A stretch of 64,000 nucleotides of DNA from Thermodesulfobacteriota bacterium (GCA_965223335.1 OZ244991.1:1312001-1376000), one strand, 5' to 3'. Shown: positions 36,445 to 49,444, counted from the stretch's first letter. A program made the numbers and translations. The notes: generated by a model not told the origin, from the letters alone.

Positions 36445-37182
36445 TTACTCTATTTCGTAAACAATATTTACATTTGCCGAGAGTTTAATATCCCCTGGCT
36501 CAATGGGTGTGGGTGCAGCCTCGGCGTAGTCCATAGACTGGCTCCTTACAACATGACCGTACATAGGCTGTGGGCTGTCGTAATGGGGTGTGATGCGAAG
36601 CACGTTTGTTATAGTTGCACCGTTTGCAGCAGCCACGATGTCGGCTGTACTTCTAGCGTCTTTCACCGCCTTCTCAAGGGCCTCTTTCTTATATTCGCTC
36701 CGTTTATCGGTGTCGAAGTAGATCCCGTCTACATTATTGGCCCCTGAGTTTACCGCGGCATCTATAAGGCCCCCGACCCCTTTTAGGTCCTTGGTCTCAA
36801 TCGTAACCCGGTTTGTGACACGATACCCTTTTAATTCCGATTCCTGACTCACTTTGTTGTATTCATGGACGGGGCTTAGGTTATAGCCGCTTGTGTAAAT
36901 CTTATCGTCTTCACCCAGTGCTTCCTTCATTTTATTTATAACAGCTGTGGTGAGCTCGGCATTGCTCGTAACGGCCTCGGTAGCTGTGGGCTTTGTGGTC
37001 ATTACTGACATCGAGATTACTGCTTTGTTGGGTTTGGCATCTACAATGCCCCTGCCGTTTGCAACAATCACCTTTTTTTCGTAAGTGTCGGTTTGAGCAA
37101 GCCCAAGGGGGATACTCGTTAACAGCAGTAAAACAGCAAGTGCGGGAATCTGAAGATAGTTCATATTGTTACACCTCTTCAT
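36445..37182 (-). CDS. SIMPL (DUF541) domain exported protein
   Basis: Signal peptide, G.G.V...P, GYRVTNRV, AVNSGAN, PIEPG.I...ANV...Y. Confidence 0.88.
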   Translation of the reverse strand: MKRCNNMNYLQIPALAVLLLLTSIPLGLAQTDTYEKKVIVANGRGIVDAKPNKAVISMSVMTTKPTATEAVTSNAELTTAVINKMKEALGEDDKIYTSGYNLSPVHEYNKVSQESELKGYRVTNRVTIETKDLKGVGGLIDAAVNSGANNVDGIYFDTDKRSEYKKEALEKAVKDARSTADIVAAANGATITNVLRITPHYDSPQPMYGHVVRSQSMDYAEAAPTPIEPGDIKLSANVNIVYEIE

Positions 37183-37400
37183 TTTTTCTAGTTAAAACAC
37201 TTAGTTAAGTATTATAACTTATGATTTTCAATCATTTGCATGAAATGTTTAAATCTTCGGTTTAAGGCATAATTTGAGGTGTGGTCCCGACGCAGTTGCA
37301 GTATTGTTTAGTGTTAATCCCGGAGGGTTTGACAGCCCCGATATTTCAGGTTAAATACTTACGATTTTTAGATTTTCTATCCCGAGGATTCACATCATAA

Positions 37401-38672
37401 ATGAGTGTTGAAGAAGTGGGTCATTACCCCGTAGAGAAGTTTTTTATTGCACTTGCACTTATATTAATTGCTTCTAAATTATTCGGGGAACTCGCAGAAC
37501 GTATAAAACAACCCTCGGTGTTGGGGGAGTTGATAGCAGGCGTTGTCCTGGGCGGCAGCGTGCTGGCCATAGTGCCCTCTGTGGCCGGGGTGCCCGGATA
37601 TGATTTCTTTCATCTGCTGGCAGAGGTCGGGGTGGCGATCCTGCTCTTTGAGATAGGGCTTGAGACCGATTTGGATGATCTCATTAGAGTAGGGGTTACA
37701 TCAACTATGGTTGCGATTGTGGGTGTTGTGGCCCCGTTTGTTCTGGGTGTAGCCAGTGTGCTAGGCTTTCATAAGTTTGGGATGCTGGGCAACATGGATC
37801 CCACTATGGTCACACTTGTAGCTATCACGGCGGGTGCGACCTTAACTGCTACGAGTGTGGGTATCACGGCACGTGTGCTCTCGGACATGAACAGGCTTCA
37901 GAGTGGAGAGGCCCGCATAATACTCGGTGCAGCTGTGATAGATGACATACTGGGTCTTATTATACTCGGTGTGGTAAGTGGTCTAATAGAGTCGAGTAAA
38001 GCCGGTGACGCAGCTATATCGCTTGCTACAGTCGGAATTATCACCGGGAAAGCCTTCGGATTCTTAATTATTGCAGTTATAATAGGGAACCTCACGTCGA
38101 GGAGGTTGTTTGATTTAGTCGACAGGATGCGTGTGAGGGGAGTGCTGCTTTTGTTTGCAGTCTCGTTTTCGCTTATTTTTGCGTATCTTGCCAGTATGGT
38201 TGGTCTTGCCCCGATTGTTGGGGCCTTTGCGGCTGGGTTGGTGTTGGCCAAGACGAATCAGTTTAAATCCATAGAAGAACGATTAAAGCCCGTATCGGAT
38301 GTGTTTACTCCGATCTTTTTTATAATGGTAGGGGCTGCGGTGGACGTGCGAGTGTTTAATCCGTTTAAAGAAGAGAACATACCCATATTGCTAATTGCAT
38401 TGATACTGTTTGTAGTGGCGGTAATCGGAAAGTTTATAAGCGGCTGGGCGGTGTTGGTAAAGGGGATAAAGAAAAAGGTTATAGGGATCGGTATGATACC
38501 CCGGGGAGAGGTGGGACTTATCTTTGCCCAAGTGGGGCTAACATATGGGGTTTTTTCGTCGGAGCTCTTTTCAGCCGTTACAGTCATGGTTATGCTTACC
38601 ACTTTCATTGCTCCCCCATTGCTAAAGATTGCATTCTCGGGGGAATCCGAGATTGTAGAGGATTCTGTGTAG
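37401..38672 (+). CDS. Cation:proton antiporter (CPA2, NapA-like)
   Basis: LLFEIGLE, ATSVGIT, AAVIDD, GAFAAG, PIFF, GMIPRGEV. Confidence 0.92.
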   Translation: MSVEEVGHYPVEKFFIALALILIASKLFGELAERIKQPSVLGELIAGVVLGGSVLAIVPSVAGVPGYDFFHLLAEVGVAILLFEIGLETDLDDLIRVGVTSTMVAIVGVVAPFVLGVASVLGFHKFGMLGNMDPTMVTLVAITAGATLTATSVGITARVLSDMNRLQSGEARIILGAAVIDDILGLIILGVVSGLIESSKAGDAAISLATVGIITGKAFGFLIIAVIIGNLTSRRLFDLVDRMRVRGVLLLFAVSFSLIFAYLASMVGLAPIVGAFAAGLVLAKTNQFKSIEERLKPVSDVFTPIFFIMVGAAVDVRVFNPFKEENIPILLIALILFVVAVIGKFISGWAVLVKGIKKKVIGIGMIPRGEVGLIFAQVGLTYGVFSSELFSAVTVMVMLTTFIAPPLLKIAFSGESEIVEDSV

Positions 38673-38698
38673 GGTTTTGGATATAGGAGATTGTGGAG

Positions 38699-39217
38699 AT
38701 GATAAAAATGTCTTTTAGAAAACTGTTTGTTTTTAGTTGCCTAGTAGTTGTTTTGACCCATAACGCCTATGCGGCGGATGACCTGCTGAGCGTAAACCTG
38801 CAGGGTCTTTTGATTCAGATGGTGATTTTTATAATTGCCATATTTGTGCTCAACAAATTGGTTTTTCAACCATTCATACAGCTTATAGACAGAAGAGATA
38901 AGCTTACCAAAGGGACTATTAAAGAGGCCGAGGAACTGGAAGAGAAGGTAAAGCAAATAATAGAAGAGTATGATGTGAAGCTCACGGAGGCCAGGGCCGA
39001 GGCACAGGAGGAGCGCAACCTGATAATGAGAGAGGCACAGGTTGCCGCTGACAGCATTGTGGGCAAGGCCAGGGAGGAGTCGGCCTCACTTCTACACGAT
39101 GCAAAGATCAAGCTCGAGGCAGACACCCAAGAGATCAAAAGCAAGATACAAGGCGACATTGATGTGCTTGCAAAGGATATAGCTGCCCGGATATTGGGTA
39201 GGGAGGTAAACGTATGA
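38699..39217 (+). CDS. atpF: F0 subunit b' (start uncertain: 38693/38699/38708)
   Basis: TM helix then charged coiled coil (P...IDRR); first of two b genes before atpH. Confidence 0.85.
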   Translation: MIKMSFRKLFVFSCLVVVLTHNAYAADDLLSVNLQGLLIQMVIFIIAIFVLNKLVFQPFIQLIDRRDKLTKGTIKEAEELEEKVKQIIEEYDVKLTEARAEAQEERNLIMREAQVAADSIVGKAREESASLLHDAKIKLEADTQEIKSKIQGDIDVLAKDIAARILGREVNV

Positions 39218-39768
39218 GCCTATTTGAACTGATCCCAAGCGCCTACGCTGCAGCCGAAGGGGCACAGCACTTTAACTGGTCGTTTGTAATTGAGCACGCG
39301 GCCAACCTTGTTATATTGCTCGGGGTGCTTTTTTATTTCCTAAAAGACCCGGTCAGGGACTTTTTGGTTGAACGAAGGGGGGTAATCAGCAACGAGATTG
39401 ACGAGGCAAAGGCTGCGATAGAGTCGGCTAAGGCCAAGCACGAGGAGTACGCTGCAAAGCTTGCGGGTTTAGAGAACGAAATAAATGAGTTGAAGCAAAC
39501 CATTCGCAACCAGGGGCAAAAGGAGAGAGAAGAGATTATCAAACAGGCTCAGACAACATCAGACATGTTGAGGGAAGAGGCCCGTGAGACAATTGAGCTT
39601 GAGACCGAGAGGGCTAGAAACGAAATCCAGGCAGAGGTTGTAAACAGCTCTATTGCGATAGCGGAAAAAATAATAAAGCAGAACCTGGGTACAGGCGAAA
39701 AAGAGGCGTTTATAAAAGAATTCACAGAAAACATAGAGGTTGAGAAATGGCATCAATCGCAACATTAA
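39214..39768 (+). CDS. atpF: F0 subunit b
   Basis: TM (NLVILLGVLFYFLKDP) plus coiled coil. Confidence 0.88.
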   Translation: MSLFELIPSAYAAAEGAQHFNWSFVIEHAANLVILLGVLFYFLKDPVRDFLVERRGVISNEIDEAKAAIESAKAKHEEYAAKLAGLENEINELKQTIRNQGQKEREEIIKQAQTTSDMLREEARETIELETERARNEIQAEVVNSSIAIAEKIIKQNLGTGEKEAFIKEFTENIEVEKWHQSQH

Positions 39769-40286
39769 GGGACTTGACCGAGGCACTTATAGAGAGTGCT
39801 AAGGATGAAAACAAACTGGATAAGGTCACAGCAGACATAGAGTCGGTCTATGACCTCGTGTCTGCACATGATGAATTAAAGGGTGTGCTTACGTCCACGA
39901 CTTATGAACTCGGGGAGCGGGAAGCTATAGTGTCTGACATAGGGGAAAGAGCCGGGTTGGACAAGCTCACTAAGAACTTTTTAAACATTGTCTTGGAGCT
40001 TGATAAGATCAAGTCGTTTTTAGGATCGAAGCAGTCTATATTGAGAAAATTAAGAAAAGCATCGGGCATCATACGTGCCGAGATCATCACGGCCGAGCAG
40101 CCCACCGATGACGAACTCAACCGTCTTAAGAGCTCAATCTCAAAGCTGGTAGGCAGCGAGGTTCATGTTACTTCAGTCGTTGATCCAACGATAATCGGGG
40201 GCATGATTGCAAAGGTTGAAGATAAGGTGTTCGATGGTAGTATAAAGACCCAGCTGGAACGGATTCGTACAACACTATTGCGTTAA
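39747..40286 (+). CDS. atpH: F1 subunit delta
   Basis: [20 protein letters not shown]; directly upstream of atpA. Confidence 0.92.
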   Translation: MASIATLRDLTEALIESAKDENKLDKVTADIESVYDLVSAHDELKGVLTSTTYELGEREAIVSDIGERAGLDKLTKNFLNIVLELDKIKSFLGSKQSILRKLRKASGIIRAEIITAEQPTDDELNRLKSSISKLVGSEVHVTSVVDPTIIGGMIAKVEDKVFDGSIKTQLERIRTTLLR

Positions 40287-40312
40287 ATCCAGCTTATATA
40301 AAGGAGCAGAGT

Positions 40313-41830
40313 ATGCAGGATACCAAGATTGAAGATATTGGCGAAATATTAAGAAATAGGATCAAGGGCTATGAGACCAAGATCGAGACCTCTGAGGTCG
40401 GCACTGTGATTTCGATAGGTGACGGTATCGCGCGTTCGCATGGGCTCGACCAGGCCATGGCCGGTGAGCTTGTGGAGTTTTCAAGCGGCATTATGGGCCT
40501 TGTGCTTAACCTCGAAGAGGATAATGTGGGTATAGCACTATTTGGTGAGGATACCGAGGTCCAGGAAGGCGACCTCGTAAAGCGTACGGGAAAGATCGCC
40601 GAGGTCCCTGTGGGTGAGGGCCTTAAGGGCCGCGTGGTGAACTCATTGGGCGAGCCCATAGACGGCAAGGGAGAGATCGAGGCCACCGAGTATCGCCAGA
40701 TTGAGCTTAAAGCCCCCGGTGTTGTGTACAGACAGTCGGTAAACGAACCCCTGCAAACGGGAATCAAAGCTATTGACTCTATGATACCTATCGGTAGGGG
40801 GCAGAGAGAGCTCATACTGGGTGACCGTCAGATTGGTAAAACAGCTATTGCTGTGGATACGATTATTAACCAAAAAAACGAAGATGTTTACTGTATATAT
40901 GTGGCTGTGGGCCAAAAACAGTCCACAGTGGCACAGGTGGTGGATAAGCTAAAAGAGCACGGGGCCATGGAGTACACGACCGTGGTGGCTGCTACGGCCA
41001 GTGACCCCGCACCGTTTCAGTTTATCGCACCTTATTCCGGATGTTCGTTCGGCGAGTATTTTCGCGATAACGGCAAACACGCACTCGTGATCTATGACGA
41101 CCTGACAAAACACGCCTGGGCTTACCGCCAGCTCTCGCTGCTGCTAAGGAGGCCCCCGGGACGTGAGGCTTATCCCGGTGACGTGTTTTACCTGCACTCG
41201 AGACTCCTTGAGCGTGCGGCGAAGATGAGGGACGAAGATGGTGGAGGGTCTCTAACAGCGCTTCCTATAATTGAGACTCAGGCCGGTGACGTATCGGCAT
41301 ACATCCCGACCAACGTTATCTCGATCACAGACGGACAGATTTACCTAGAGAGTGATCTCTTTTACTCAGGTGTAAGGCCTGCGATTAATGTCGGTCTATC
41401 GGTATCGAGGGTAGGGGGTTCGGCTCAGATCAAGGCTATGAAAAAAGTAGCAGGTACACTGCGCCTGGAGTTGGCTCAGTACAGGGAGGTAGAGGCTTTC
41501 TCGCAGTTTGCCTCGGACCTGGATAAAGCCACACAGGCCCAGTTAGCCAGGGGAAGCAGACTCGTAGAAGCCCTAAAACAGGGCCAATATGAACCGCTCG
41601 ATGTTGAGAAACAGGTTCTAATCATATACGCGGTTACAAACGGCTATGTGGACGATTACCCGGCGGAGTCTGTAAACAATTACGAAAAGGAACTCTACTC
41701 GTTCTTTGAGTCCAAACACAAAGCACTACTCGATGAAATCAAATCCAAAAAGGAGATCACGGACGAGATGGCGGGTAGCGTGACAGCTGCATTGGACGAA
41801 CTCAAAACCCAGCTAGGAGACTTAAGCTAA
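40313..41830 (+). CDS. atpA: F1 subunit alpha
   Basis: [41 protein letters not shown]. Confidence 0.98.
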   Translation: MQDTKIEDIGEILRNRIKGYETKIETSEVGTVISIGDGIARSHGLDQAMAGELVEFSSGIMGLVLNLEEDNVGIALFGEDTEVQEGDLVKRTGKIAEVPVGEGLKGRVVNSLGEPIDGKGEIEATEYRQIELKAPGVVYRQSVNEPLQTGIKAIDSMIPIGRGQRELILGDRQIGKTAIAVDTIINQKNEDVYCIYVAVGQKQSTVAQVVDKLKEHGAMEYTTVVAATASDPAPFQFIAPYSGCSFGEYFRDNGKHALVIYDDLTKHAWAYRQLSLLLRRPPGREAYPGDVFYLHSRLLERAAKMRDEDGGGSLTALPIIETQAGDVSAYIPTNVISITDGQIYLESDLFYSGVRPAINVGLSVSRVGGSAQIKAMKKVAGTLRLELAQYREVEAFSQFASDLDKATQAQLARGSRLVEALKQGQYEPLDVEKQVLIIYAVTNGYVDDYPAESVNNYEKELYSFFESKHKALLDEIKSKKEITDEMAGSVTAALDELKTQLGDLS

Positions 41831-41850
41831 TACTAAGAGAATAGTTAACT

Positions 41851-44152
<2,302 letters not shown>

Positions 44153-44235
44153 AACAAAAAATAATTCTAGGCAGCCTGTTAATCTAGGGGCTGCCGCTTT
44201 CAATTGTTTGTAAAAGGTACTAGGAGGCACTAAAA

Positions 44236-44487
44236 TTGGCGGACGGAATTCAACTAAAAGTAATCACACCGACTGAGCTTGTCATAGACGACGTTGTTGA
44301 CGAGGTCGTAGCCCCGGGTGAGTTGGGTGAATTTGGTGTACTCCCGGGCCATGTGCCTTTTATCACTATCCTTACCTCTGGTGAGTTACGGTACCGAAAG
44401 GGCGGGGCCGAGGAAAAAATCACCATCCAGGGCGGGCTTGCCGATGTAAGGAATGACACCGTAAACATTCTGACAGATAGTATATAG
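44236..44487 (+). CDS. atpC: F1 subunit epsilon (short; beta-sandwich domain only)
   Basis: VITPT, GEFGVLPGH.P, GG.ADV; TTG start after AGGAGG; 83 aa. Confidence 0.92.
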   Translation: MADGIQLKVITPTELVIDDVVDEVVAPGELGEFGVLPGHVPFITILTSGELRYRKGGAEEKITIQGGLADVRNDTVNILTDSI

Positions 44488-44598
44488 AGTCACTCAGTTG
44501 TAATACTCCCTACCCCCTGAAATTTGTTATTTCATTTAATTAACGCTTTGTGTAAACTTGTATTGATTTCCTAGATCCAAAAACTGCGGGGTGCAGAT

Positions 44599-45396
44599 AT
44601 GGCTTTAGCAGATCCGGTTACAGAAGATATTATTCTTAGGTCCGATCGAGACGGCATTGCCGATCTTACGATTAATAGACCCAAAGCCTATAACTCTCTC
44701 TCTATAGCCTGTATGGAGGCACTAATAAGTGAATTTGATAGGATTGCCAAAGACAACTCTGTAAGGGTCGTGATCCTTTCAGGCGCTGGGAAGGGGTTTT
44801 GTGCGGGGCACGATCTAAAGGAGATGAGGAGCAACCCTGACAAATTGTTTTATGAACAGACCTTTAGCACCTGTTCAAAGATGATGCTGTCCATTATCAA
44901 CTGTCCAAAGCCGGTAATAGCCAAGGTACACGGGGTGGCTACGGCAGCGGGTTGTCAGCTGGTTGCAACATGTGACTTGGCAGTGGCGGACGAGGGGGCT
45001 AGATTTGCTACTCCGGGTGTAAACATTGGGCTATTTTGCTCGACTCCTATGGTGGCAGTGTTTAGAAACGTTGCAATCAAGCACGCTATGGAGATGCTGC
45101 TTACAGGCGACCTTATCCCTGCCCAAAGAGCTTACGAGATAGGGCTAGTGAATAGAGTTGCAAAGCCGGGGGAGCTGGATCTGGTAGCTAGGGAGCTTGC
45201 GGAAAAAATAGCGAGCAAATCCGACCTCACACTCATGATTGGGAAAAAGGCGTTTTATGAGCAGGTCGATAAAGACATGATTACAGCATATGAGTACTGT
45301 AGCAGGGTCATGGTCGATAACATGATGGCAAAAGACGCCGAGGAAGGAATCGATGCGTTTTTAGAAAAACGTGAGCCAGTGTGGAAGGGAGAGTGA
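44599..45396 (+). CDS. Enoyl-CoA hydratase/crotonase family protein
   Basis: FCAGHDLKE, PVIAKVHG.ATAAGCQLVATCD, ATPGVNIGLFCSTP, EGIDAFLEKR.P. Confidence 0.92.
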   Translation: MALADPVTEDIILRSDRDGIADLTINRPKAYNSLSIACMEALISEFDRIAKDNSVRVVILSGAGKGFCAGHDLKEMRSNPDKLFYEQTFSTCSKMMLSIINCPKPVIAKVHGVATAAGCQLVATCDLAVADEGARFATPGVNIGLFCSTPMVAVFRNVAIKHAMEMLLTGDLIPAQRAYEIGLVNRVAKPGELDLVARELAEKIASKSDLTLMIGKKAFYEQVDKDMITAYEYCSRVMVDNMMAKDAEEGIDAFLEKREPVWKGE

Positions 45397-45611
45397 AAAT
45401 TCTGCAGTTTTAGAGTCTTAACATAAAATAAGTGGCATCTTATTCTCAACTTTAAATTTTCCTACTTTACTAACTTATATCACTCAGATATTTACATCTA
45501 TACTAATTGATGGCATTCAAAGTGCCTTTGTGACAGGGATTTTACTCGATTGCTTTTGAACAATCGTGCGTTATAATTCAATCATTCTCACATTAATTAA
45601 GGAGTTTGTTT

Positions 45612-46211
45612 ATGTCATCATTGTTAGAGTTGCTAACTGATCAATTAAACGATCAAAATCTTGGTAGAATGAGTAAAAGAATCGGAGCGGGCGAGGGCCA
45701 AACCGAGCGTGCGGTCTCTTTTGCACTACCCGTGCTTATTGAGGCGCTCGCCAGAAACGCCTCTACGAGTGAGGGGGCCAATTCATTGTCGCGTGCACTC
45801 GCAGAGGATCACGACGGCAGTGTGCTGGACAACATTACGGATATTATCGATACCCCTGAGAATGGGCCAGGGGACGGGATACTACGACATATGTTTGGGT
45901 CCCGGAGAACTAGGGTTGAGAACGGGCTTAGTCAGACGAGCGGACTCGATATAGGACAGATAAGCAAGATACTGATCACTCTTGCTCCTATAGTTATGGG
46001 GGCACTGGGGAAGGCTAAGAGACAACAGAATCTAGATGATGTTTCAATCACGGATTACTTGGGCAAAGAGAAAAGGAATCTTGAGCAGGAAAACCCCAAT
46101 GGCATGAATATATTGGGAGCGCTTTTCGACACAGACGGTGATGGTGATGTTGATATAAGTGATATTGCAAAGCACGGGATCAGCATACTGGGTAAATATA
46201 TGAGACGCTAG
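45612..46211 (+). CDS. DUF937-like protein with C-terminal DxDxDG motif
   Basis: AL..DHDGS.LD, GDGIL.H.FG, LAPIVMGALG, DTDGDGDV. Confidence 0.75.
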   Translation: MSSLLELLTDQLNDQNLGRMSKRIGAGEGQTERAVSFALPVLIEALARNASTSEGANSLSRALAEDHDGSVLDNITDIIDTPENGPGDGILRHMFGSRRTRVENGLSQTSGLDIGQISKILITLAPIVMGALGKAKRQQNLDDVSITDYLGKEKRNLEQENPNGMNILGALFDTDGDGDVDISDIAKHGISILGKYMRR

Positions 46212-46289
46212 ACTGTGGCTCTAGTTTACAAACCAAATCAATACCTGTTGTAAATGATCGAAAACATTATCCATAGGAGGGATATACGA

Positions 46290-46745
46290 ATGGGATTGCT
46301 AGATTTTGTCAAAGAAGCAGGAGAGTTGTTGTTTGGCGGTAAAGAGGCAAGGGCAGAGACTAAACAAGAGACCGAGGAGGCGCTTGCCAAGCATGTAAGT
46401 GATCTGGGTTTGGATGTAGAGGGTCTTGAGGTTGAGTTTAATGACGGAGTAGCAGTGTTGCGCGGTAAGGTTAACTCACAAGAGGAGCGCGAGAAGATAG
46501 CCATAGCTGTTGGAAATATTAAGGGGGTCTCCCAGGTTGATGATCAACTCGAGGTTGATTCGCCGTCTGCAGAAGCGGCCCTATACACTGTGGTAAGCGG
46601 GGATACACTCTCTGCCATCTCTCAGAGACACTATGGGAATGCCAACAAATATATGGTGATATTCGAGGCCAACAAGCCGATGCTAAAAGACCCGGATAAG
46701 ATCTACCCAGGGCAGGTACTTCGCATCCCGTCTTTGGAAGCTTAG
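46290..46745 (+). CDS. kbp: BON-LysM protein (Kbp/YgaU family)
   Basis: MGLLDFVKEAGE, AVGNIKGV, YTVVSGDTLSAIS...YG...Y..IFEANKPML.DPDKIYPGQVLRIP. Confidence 0.9.
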   Translation: MGLLDFVKEAGELLFGGKEARAETKQETEEALAKHVSDLGLDVEGLEVEFNDGVAVLRGKVNSQEEREKIAIAVGNIKGVSQVDDQLEVDSPSAEAALYTVVSGDTLSAISQRHYGNANKYMVIFEANKPMLKDPDKIYPGQVLRIPSLEA

Positions 46746-46771
46746 TAAACACTCAACATTGAATATATAAG

Positions 46772-46805
46772 AGGCCCATAGATAAATTTCAATCTCTATG
46801 GGCCT
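46772..46805 (+). terminator. Hairpin downstream of kbp
   Basis: AGGCCCATAGA...TCTATGGGCCT 11-bp inverted repeat; weak U-tract. Confidence 0.55.
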
Positions 46806-47040
46806 TCTCATTTAAGTTCTTTCTTAAACATTAATCCATCTAGTTTGTGTGCGATTCTATATAATTAGTACCACCCTTTCACATATATATAGCTGATATT
46901 GACTTGTCTACGAGCTTAGATTCATACAGTCACGTATATGCATTTATATATATATCTAGTAACATATAGACCTATGGGATTGAGAAAGATAGTATATATA
47001 AATTTATTATTAACTTTAATTCCAATTTCGGGATTTTGAT

Positions 47041-47985
47041 ATGAGAGATGGTGTCGCTTCTAAGCTCTTTATATCATTGCTAATAACAGGTGTTGTGTGT
47101 ATTGTTGCCTCGGGTGGTATTGGTGTGTGGCTGGCTCTTAGGCTCACACAGGGTGAGACTCTTTTAGATCCTGAGTTTAAGAAGCATATATATTATTTAG
47201 CTGCGCATTTGGGAACATTTGGAATGTTATTTATAGCCGCATATTCTCTGCGCAGTAGAATTACAACTTATCTAAGACGTACAGATTTTAAAGTTGTCAC
47301 AGTCCATATATTAGTTGTGTTCGTAGCTCTGGATATCTTGATTGTTCTACTTCATATATTATCGCAGTATTTTGCCTTACCCGGAAACCAGTATTTTTAT
47401 TTGGATGAAGAATATAATTTGCCTAGTATTTATTCCGCGCTTCAGCTCATATTGGTTGGGGGGGCTGCATTTTATTGTAGTAGACTCAGGTCCGAGCGCT
47501 ATATCAAATTCTTTCCGGAAAAATATATTTGGATTTTTGTAGGGGTCATGCTATTTGCATTGGGCGTAGATGAGTTCGTTACATGGCACGAGGGTACGAA
47601 TTTAATTCAAAGTATTGGACTTATGAGTCCTGACTCTGATCCGAGACTGGGTGGTTATGGCTATGATTGGACACTGGGGGCGTTATTGCTGGTTATTGTG
47701 TTTGGTTTGCCCGGATTGTTTTTATTTAAGAAGGTTTTTCGCGATTATCCTCACCTTTTATATCTTTTGATTTTGTCGAGTGTCCTATTTGTTCTTGGTG
47801 CAGTGGGATTTGAAAACCTTCAGGTTTATCGCAAGTCATTCCAGTCGGTTAAGGTGGCTCCTGTTCTGCTAATACTAGAGGAATTTTTAGAGATGTTGGG
47901 AGTTACTTTGGCCTTGTTTGTAATACTTAGGTACTCGGCATTGGTAGGTGGTGAATCGAACCTGGTGAATGAAACGGGTGGTTAG
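47041..47985 (+). CDS. Hypothetical polytopic membrane protein
   Basis: About eight hydrophobic segments; T-rich ORF; acidic/His motifs DE....HE and EE..E. Confidence 0.72.
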   Translation: MRDGVASKLFISLLITGVVCIVASGGIGVWLALRLTQGETLLDPEFKKHIYYLAAHLGTFGMLFIAAYSLRSRITTYLRRTDFKVVTVHILVVFVALDILIVLLHILSQYFALPGNQYFYLDEEYNLPSIYSALQLILVGGAAFYCSRLRSERYIKFFPEKYIWIFVGVMLFALGVDEFVTWHEGTNLIQSIGLMSPDSDPRLGGYGYDWTLGALLLVIVFGLPGLFLFKKVFRDYPHLLYLLILSSVLFVLGAVGFENLQVYRKSFQSVKVAPVLLILEEFLEMLGVTLALFVILRYSALVGGESNLVNETGG

Positions 47986-49302
47986 CTAGCCGTTCATCAT
48001 ATCGAAAAACTCTTGGTTGGTCTTGGTCCCGCTCATCTTGTCTAGCAGAAATTCCATGGCCTCTATCGTGTTCATAGGACTTAGAACCTTGCGGAGTAAC
48101 CAGACTTTGTTTAGAACTTCCTCGGTGAGCAGGAGCTCTTCTTTCCTTGTACCCGAGCGCTGTAAGTCAAGTGCCGGGAACACTCTCTTGTCGGCAAGCC
48201 TGCGGTCCAGATAGGCTTCCATGTTGCCCGTGCCTTTAAACTCCTCGAAGATCACCTCGTCCATCCTGCTGCCTGTATCAATAAGAGCGGTAGCTATGAT
48301 AGTAAGACTGCCTCCCTCTTCGGTGTTACGGGCAGCCCCGAAAAACCTCTTTGGACGCTGCAGCGCGTTTGCTTCCATACCACCTGAGAGCACCCTGCCG
48401 CTTGCAGGTGTGACGGTGTTGGAAGCCCTGGCAAGACGCGTGAGGCTGTCCAACAAAATCACGACATCCTTTCCATGCTCCACAAGTCGTTTTGCTTTTT
48501 CGAGCACCATATCGGCAACCTGTATGTGGCGCTGCGCAGGCTCGTCAAAGGTCGAGCTTACAACCTCGCCTTTAACAGATCGATCCATATCGGTTACTTC
48601 TTCCGGTCTTTCGTCAATAAGCAAAACGATTAATGAAACGTCGGGGTGATTGTCTGTGATTGCGTTTGCAATTCGCTGTAAAAGGATGGTTTTACCCGTC
48701 CTCGGGGGCGCCACAATAAGGCCCCTCTGCCCCATGCCTATGGGGATAAATAGGTCCATCACACGTGTGCAGAACTCTTCTTTGTCGTATTCCAGGTTTA
48801 TTCTCTCTTCAGGATGAAGGGGGACTCGGTTCTCAAATGATATCCTATCCCTGCAGCTTTCGGGGGATTCGTAGTTTACTTCCTCTATTTTTAAGAGAGC
48901 CAGGTTTTTCTCGCCCTCTCTAGGTAGCCGTACTTGGCCCCCTACTGTGTCGCCGGTCTTTAGGTTAAATGACCTTATCTGTGATTTTGATACGTAGATA
49001 TCGTCAGGGCCGGGCAGGTAGCTGTATTTCGGTGACCTTAAAAACCCATATCCCTCTGACAGAATTTCGAGCACTCCTTCGGCAAATATACTGCCCTCTT
49101 TCTCGCTCTGTGCTTTTAGAATGGCATAGATGAGATCCTGCTTTGTCATTCTGGCAGTTTCTTCGATCTCAAGCTCTCTTGCCATCTTCATTATTTCTGC
49201 GCTTTTTCTGTTTCTTAATTCATTGAGGTTCAACAATTGAGATCTGTCCTCTACATATTGCTTGTCCTCAGGTTTTTCCCGTAGTTTAGTAGCTCTTGCC
49301 AT
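47986..49302 (-). CDS. rho: Transcription termination factor Rho
   Basis: [49 protein letters not shown]. Confidence 0.98.
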   Translation of the reverse strand: MARATKLREKPEDKQYVEDRSQLLNLNELRNRKSAEIMKMARELEIEETARMTKQDLIYAILKAQSEKEGSIFAEGVLEILSEGYGFLRSPKYSYLPGPDDIYVSKSQIRSFNLKTGDTVGGQVRLPREGEKNLALLKIEEVNYESPESCRDRISFENRVPLHPEERINLEYDKEEFCTRVMDLFIPIGMGQRGLIVAPPRTGKTILLQRIANAITDNHPDVSLIVLLIDERPEEVTDMDRSVKGEVVSSTFDEPAQRHIQVADMVLEKAKRLVEHGKDVVILLDSLTRLARASNTVTPASGRVLSGGMEANALQRPKRFFGAARNTEEGGSLTIIATALIDTGSRMDEVIFEEFKGTGNMEAYLDRRLADKRVFPALDLQRSGTRKEELLLTEEVLNKVWLLRKVLSPMNTIEAMEFLLDKMSGTKTNQEFFDMMNG

Positions 49303-49414
49303 AAATGTGGTATCCCCGGCTCATTGGTTTGGACTAAAAAAAATCGATAATCGAGATTAAGGAATTGAATGACGGTTTCTTTTAGGTTGTGACAAAATAT
49401 TTATAGACAACTAT

Positions 49415-49444
49415 ATTATGTATCTTAATTGAGGATTTTGTCAA
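49415..49444 (-). promoter_or_regulatory. Putative sigma70 promoter of rho
   Basis: TTGACA-N18-CATAAT on the minus strand, about 110 nt upstream of the start. Confidence 0.55.

Noticed and set aside
37261..37345. Possible Na+/Li+ riboswitch upstream of the antiporter
   Set aside because: I could not identify convincing stems or consensus by eye; only a TTGACA promoter-like box. Needs cmscan.
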